A stretch of DNA of 64,000 nt, from assembly GCA_963767925.1 (NCBI GenBank), contig CAVYGB010000008.1:1760001-1824000 (forward strand), read 5' to 3'. This DNA comes from an uncultured delta proteobacterium (GTDB lineage: Bacteria > Myxococcota_A > Polyangia > Fen-1088). A program made the translations under genes and the position numbers. Positions within the stretch are counted from its first letter, which is position 1. Each line of letters opens with the position of its first letter. Under the pieces are notes generated by a model, which saw nothing but the letters and a program-made list of their open reading frames with translations, was not told the origin of the DNA and ran no database searches. This document shows, piece after piece, positions 59,778 to 64,000 of the stretch.

Positions 59778-60239
59778 TCACGACCCTGGCTGGCCACCGA
59801 GCGGGCGCTGGCTCGCGCGCCGGCGAAACACACCGATCGTGAGCGCCGCTCCCAGCAGGCCGCCGGCCGCGTCGGCGATCAGATCGGCGACCTCGAAGTG
59901 CCGGCCGGGTACGAAGAGCTGATGAACCTCGTCGGTGACACCGTACAGAGTTGCCAGGAGTGCGGCCGCGCCGGCCAGGCGGAGCGCAGCCGGGCGTTGC
60001 GATCGCCACCACAGCGCCCGGGCGATCAGGCCGCCAAGGACGGCGTAGACGAACGCGTGAACGATCTTGTCGGTTCCCGGCGGCAAGCCGCCCGGCAGGT
60101 TGGTGGCGGGCGCCGACGAGGCCACGAAGATGAGGACGGCCATCCCGACCGCCGGGGCCCATGCGCGCGGCCTGCTGGGTGGCGACCGGCCCGGCTTGCC
60201 CACATTGCCCACATGTAGGTTGTTTGACTTCATTGCCAT
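59778..60239 (-). CDS. VanZ family membrane protein
   Basis: DKIVHAFVYAVLG and LYGVTDEVHQLFVPGR....DL.AD..G. The start may be GTG at 60212 or 60203. Confidence 0.9.
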   Translation of the reverse strand: MAMKSNNLHVGNVGKPGRSPPSRPRAWAPAVGMAVLIFVASSAPATNLPGGLPPGTDKIVHAFVYAVLGGLIARALWWRSQRPAALRLAGAAALLATLYGVTDEVHQLFVPGRHFEVADLIADAAGGLLGAALTIGVFRRRASQRPLGGQPGS

Positions 60240-60259
60240 ACTGGTATACCTCTGTGGTT

Positions 60260-60685
60260 ATGCGAAATAGCCCAGCGGATCCCACCGGAAAGCCCTCCTC
60301 TGACCCCTCGGATCCCGCTGCGGCGGCCGGTGCCCGCGACCAGCGCCAGCATCTCCGCTTCGACAAGGTCTTCCCGGTGCGGATCGAATCGGTCCTCTTC
60401 GGGGAGATGTCCTGCGTGGCGCGCAACGTGTCCGCCGGCGGCATCTTCCTCGAGACCTCCGACCTGCTGCCCATGGGGGCCCGGGTTCGGGTCTGCTTTC
60501 TCACGCCCAACGAGTCGGCGGAGATCGTCGCGGTCGGCGACGTGAAGAACCACTATTTCATCAACTACGCGCAAAAGGGGGCGGCCCGCTCGATCGCCGG
60601 CATGGCGATCCGGTTCGTCTCGTTCGAGCTCGAGGGCCAGCAGATCCTGCGCGAGTGCCTGGACCGCTTCCGGGTCCTGCACTGA
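60260..60685 (+). CDS. PilZ domain protein
   Basis: QRQHLR (RxxxR), NVSAGGIFL ((D/N)xSxxG) and GMAIRF. Confidence 0.88.
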   Translation: MRNSPADPTGKPSSDPSDPAAAAGARDQRQHLRFDKVFPVRIESVLFGEMSCVARNVSAGGIFLETSDLLPMGARVRVCFLTPNESAEIVAVGDVKNHYFINYAQKGAARSIAGMAIRFVSFELEGQQILRECLDRFRVLH

Positions 60686-60698
60686 GCCGGGGGTCGCC

Positions 60699-62198
60699 TC
60701 ATTCGTCGAGCCAGGAACGGACCGCCACCGCCTCGTTGAGCGAGACGGTGCTTCCCGGTTCGATGGGCACCTCCACCTCGCGGGGACCTCGCACGATGGC
60801 CATGCCCCGGATGCCGGCCTTGATGCCGAGCCGGTATCGGCCGGGCAGCACCCCGGTCAGCAAGAAAGCGCCCCGCTGGTCGACCTTCGCCACCGGGCTG
60901 CGCGGGAAGGACAGGGGCGAGCGGCTGATGAGCTCGACGCTGATCTCGGCCGGCGGGCCCGCCGACTCGAGGCTGACCCGCCCCGCCACCCGCGAGCCCC
61001 GGTGGGACAGCGCCATGCGGACCTCCACCACGTGGCTGTCGCTCAGCTCGATCCGGCTGGGCGGGTAGGCCAGCATGTCGCCCCGCCGGGCCCACAGGTA
61101 GTAAGTGCCGGCCACGAAGCGATCCTCGGCAAAGCGCCCCTCGGCGTCGGTGGTCCAGAAGATGGGCGGGTTGGGCAAGGCCGGCGCGCTGGCCAGCACC
61201 GCCGCGACGGTGGCGCTGGGCTCGGGCTCGCCGCTGGCGTCGATCACCGCCCCCCGGATGACGTATCCCTGGGCCAGCTTGAGCAGCACCCGCTGGGCCG
61301 GCGCGGCCACCGCCGAGCCGACCGCCAGCGGCCGCCAGCCGAACTTCGAGGCGTTGAGCAGATAACGCCGGGATTCCAGGCCGCCGAGCACGTAAGCCCC
61401 GTCATCACCCGAGGTCACCTCGGCCACCTGGATGGCATCTCCCGGGGTGCGCACGGCGCTCACCGTCACGCCCGGCACCCCCAGGCCGGTCGCCAGATCG
61501 ACGACCCGGCCCCGGATGGATTGTTCGGGCGGCAGCCGGAAGACGCGGCCGGTGCCCGCCCCCGCCGCGGGGCGGTCGAGACGTTCGCCCGGGATCCGAT
61601 CGGCGATGGCGGTCGAGCGACCGGGATAGCTGACCCGCACCGAATACGACCAGCGCCCGCTGCGCAGAGGCACCCGGAACCCGCCGTCCTTGCCGGTAGC
61701 CTCCTCGAGCAGGGGGACGAGCCCGGCCTCGGCGCCCCAGGTCACCCACACCTGGACGCGTGCCCCCTCGATGCGGCGGCCGGTCTCGTCGACAACCCGC
61801 CCGGCGATGACCCCCTCGGGCCGGTCGGCCGTGCGCAGGTTGAACAGGCGCTGTCTGAACTCCAGCTCCGAGTCGACGAGACACCCCTTCGTCGATGACC
61901 AGGGCAACGCGCAGGCGGGCGTGACCGCCGAGCAGAACTCCACACAGCTCTCCTCGTCCTGCGGGTCGCAGAGCAGCGGGCGCGACTGATCCGCCTCCAG
62001 GAAAGGCGCCTGGTCCTCGCGGCCGGCGCAAAAGACGCAGGCGTCCGGCACCTCGACGCAGATCACGGGCCCGGCCGCGTAGCTGGGGGTGCTGGCGTCG
62101 GGCGGGGCCTGGGGCGCCGGTGATCGCCGGCAGGACAGCGTCCCGGCGACCGCGGCGAGCGCGCCCAGGACGAGTCCCATCCGGCCGGGGTGGACCAT
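60699..62198 (-). CDS. Lipoprotein with Cys-rich N-domain and carboxypeptidase-regulatory-like (Ig-type) repeats
   Basis: Lipobox TLSC; repeated I.GRVVD..G..(I/V).GA.V...T..DG.F units. Confidence 0.82.
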   Translation of the reverse strand: MVHPGRMGLVLGALAAVAGTLSCRRSPAPQAPPDASTPSYAAGPVICVEVPDACVFCAGREDQAPFLEADQSRPLLCDPQDEESCVEFCSAVTPACALPWSSTKGCLVDSELEFRQRLFNLRTADRPEGVIAGRVVDETGRRIEGARVQVWVTWGAEAGLVPLLEEATGKDGGFRVPLRSGRWSYSVRVSYPGRSTAIADRIPGERLDRPAAGAGTGRVFRLPPEQSIRGRVVDLATGLGVPGVTVSAVRTPGDAIQVAEVTSGDDGAYVLGGLESRRYLLNASKFGWRPLAVGSAVAAPAQRVLLKLAQGYVIRGAVIDASGEPEPSATVAAVLASAPALPNPPIFWTTDAEGRFAEDRFVAGTYYLWARRGDMLAYPPSRIELSDSHVVEVRMALSHRGSRVAGRVSLESAGPPAEISVELISRSPLSFPRSPVAKVDQRGAFLLTGVLPGRYRLGIKAGIRGMAIVRGPREVEVPIEPGSTVSLNEAVAVRSWLDE

Positions 62199-62297
62199 CG
62201 TTCCTCGTTGTAACCGATCGGGGCCGGCGCCGCACATCTGGGCTCGCGCCGGGGTATGAAGGGAAAATCTCCACGAAATGAGGCAGGATAGCTGCCC

Positions 62298-63128
62298 GTG
62301 CGCATCCGGTTGACCCACCAGCTCGCTTACCCGCTCGAGGGCGCCGACGCCGGCGCGGGCGACGCCGTCGGGTGCGAGGAGTCCGGGTCCCCGGAGCGCG
62401 CGGGACCCAGGTACTTCGTCCCCGGCCGGCTCCCCTGCGGGGCCTGCGGCCTGTGCCGCCGGGGCCTGGCCGCGGCGTGCCCGGCAGCCGTGGTCGTCCA
62501 GCCCGGAGGACCGTCCCCCGCCGAAACGGCTGCGCTCGAGCTGCCCGATCGGTTCCTCACCCCGCTGGACGACCCCGCCGTGTCCTTGCCCCAGCCAATC
62601 CCCTCCGAGCTGGCTGCGGGCGCCGGGCTGGTGGCGCTGATCATCCAGGCGGCGGCAGCGGCCAACCTCACCGCCGGGGACGTGGCCGTCTGGCTGGGCG
62701 GCGGCCCCCTGGCGGAGGTCGGCGCCCAGCTCACCGCCGGTCGCGGCGCCCGCACCCTGGCGCTCAGCGAGCCGGCGCCCTCGCCCAGCTTCGAGCGATG
62801 CGCCTCGGTCTCCGATCTGCTGGATCGGCTCGAGCGGCAGCCGACCCTCGAGGGGGCGGCTCATCAGCGCAGCACGCGCCGGGTGTTCCTGACCCGGACC
62901 GAGGCCGCCACCATCGAGGCCGCCGGGCGGATCGCCGACGTGGGCGCCGTCCTCGTCTCGATCGGGCGGGGGCCGGCCCACCTGACCGGTCTCGGCCTGC
63001 CGTCCGAGGCGCGCCTGACCCGGGTGTCGGGCTATCACCCCGACCTGGTGCCGGAGGCCCTGGCGCTCCTGCGCCGGGGTGAGCTCAACCTGCCCGCGGC
63101 CCGGGCCTGGCCACGCGACCGCGGCTGA
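62298..63128 (+). CDS. Degenerate medium-chain (zinc) dehydrogenase-like protein
   Basis: Structural Zn motif CGACGLCRRGLAAAC and Rossmann-like VAVWLGGGPLA; no GHE motif. Confidence 0.65.
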   Translation: MRIRLTHQLAYPLEGADAGAGDAVGCEESGSPERAGPRYFVPGRLPCGACGLCRRGLAAACPAAVVVQPGGPSPAETAALELPDRFLTPLDDPAVSLPQPIPSELAAGAGLVALIIQAAAAANLTAGDVAVWLGGGPLAEVGAQLTAGRGARTLALSEPAPSPSFERCASVSDLLDRLERQPTLEGAAHQRSTRRVFLTRTEAATIEAAGRIADVGAVLVSIGRGPAHLTGLGLPSEARLTRVSGYHPDLVPEALALLRRGELNLPAARAWPRDRG

Positions 63129-63144
63129 CGCCCGGGAGAGGCGT

Positions 63145-64000
63145 TCAGCGCCGGTTGCGGCGATCGGCGGCCCGGCGACGGCTGGCGCGCTTTTCGGCGG
63201 CTTCGCCCCGCTTCGCCGCTACCGACCGACCCTCTGGCCGGGCGTCGCGCACGGCCGCTTCGGTGGGCCGGCCCTTGGTGGTGACGGCCCGCCCGGCCGT
63301 CGTCCCGGCTGGCTGCACGGGCGGCGCGCCCGGCGGAGGGGGCGCGGGGACGGCGCGGGCGGCCGGGGCAGTGGCCGGCGGCAGCGAGGGTCGATCGCGC
63401 ATCATCCACAACACCGCGCCGACGATGGCCACCACGACGACGCCGACCACCGCGACGATGATCGCGCGCCGGGCCCCGGACACCTCCCGGATGACATCGC
63501 GTTCGGTCATCGACTCGCCCGGCAACGCCGCCGCCGGTCGAACCGCGGGCATGGCGGCCGCGGTTCCTCCGGTGCGCAAGGAGAACTTCTTCCGGTCCTC
63601 GGCGGTGACCGTTCCGTCGTCGACGTAGCGGTCCTCCATGGCCTTCACGTCCTCGGCCGGCACCTCCGGCTCGGGCTCGGGCTCGCCTTCGGGCTTGCTC
63701 CCCTGGGCGGCCATCTTGGCGCGGGCCTCGGCGATCATATGCTCGACGTCGCCCTTCTTGAACCAGAGGGTCTCCCGGAAGGCGGACCCTTTGCTCCCCT
63801 TGTCGGCGCCGCCGGTGGCGCTGGGCAACACCGCCGCCTCCCGGGTCTCGGGCATGGCGACCGCGGTGGCCGCGGTGCTGACCGCCGCCGCGGCGCCTGG
63901 GTTGGCCGCGGCGCCGATCGTCACCGGAATGACGGGGGCGCGGGGTGGCGGGAAGGGCGTCGTGGGCGGGGGCGTGAGCCGGGCCATGCGGTCGCTGAAC
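63145..64000 (-). CDS. Pro/Ala-rich single-TM hypothetical protein (5' end outside the window)
   Basis: The frame is open to the window edge; FRETLWFKKG, EDRYVDDGTVT.ED.KKFSLRTG and one TM segment (IIVAVVGVVVVAIVGAVLW). Confidence 0.75.
   Translation of the reverse strand, partial: FSDRMARLTPPPTTPFPPPRAPVIPVTIGAAANPGAAAAVSTAATAVAMPETREAAVLPSATGGADKGSKGSAFRETLWFKKGDVEHMIAEARAKMAAQGSKPEGEPEPEPEVPAEDVKAMEDRYVDDGTVTAEDRKKFSLRTGGTAAAMPAVRPAAALPGESMTERDVIREVSGARRAIIVAVVGVVVVAIVGAVLWMMRDRPSLPPATAPAARAVPAPPPPGAPPVQPAGTTAGRAVTTKGRPTEAAVRDARPEGRSVAAKRGEAAEKRASRRRAADRRNRR

Noticed and set aside
60196..60213. TTGCCCACA x2 as further DnaA boxes
   Set aside because: Two mismatches each, and explainable as VGN/VGK codons at the start of vanZ.

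Overview
Very GC-rich bacterial DNA with a gene content typical of Myxococcota (bactofilin triplet, TPR-PEGA proteins, Cys-rich and tethered lipoproteins, DUF1552/DUF1592 pair, PilZ). About 1-30.7 kb is mostly core genes: lysS (partial), prfB with its programmed +1 frameshift, a gamma-carbonic anhydrase-like gene, purF, three bactofilins, family-4 UDG, coaBC, carA, pyrC, pyrB, pyrR, hisS, a diadenylate cyclase, an XPB helicase with a DUF790 nuclease, PrkA and MlaC. A four-gene ECF sigma/ArnT module lies inverted between pyrB and pyrC. About 30.7-56.4 kb is an accessory block of surface and secreted proteins, plus an altered PolX, ArsR-SRPBCC, a beta-carbonic anhydrase and a decayed hybrid kinase. 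About 56.5-64 kb holds signalling and envelope genes. I saw no rRNA, tRNA, CRISPR array, integrase or transposase. The best non-coding signal is four co-oriented DnaA boxes flanking an IHF-like site between prfB and lysS, an arrangement resembling datA or DARS. pyrC (twice), pyrB and the beta-CA gene carry frameshifts that may be assembly errors. All family calls come from motif recognition by eye, not database searches.
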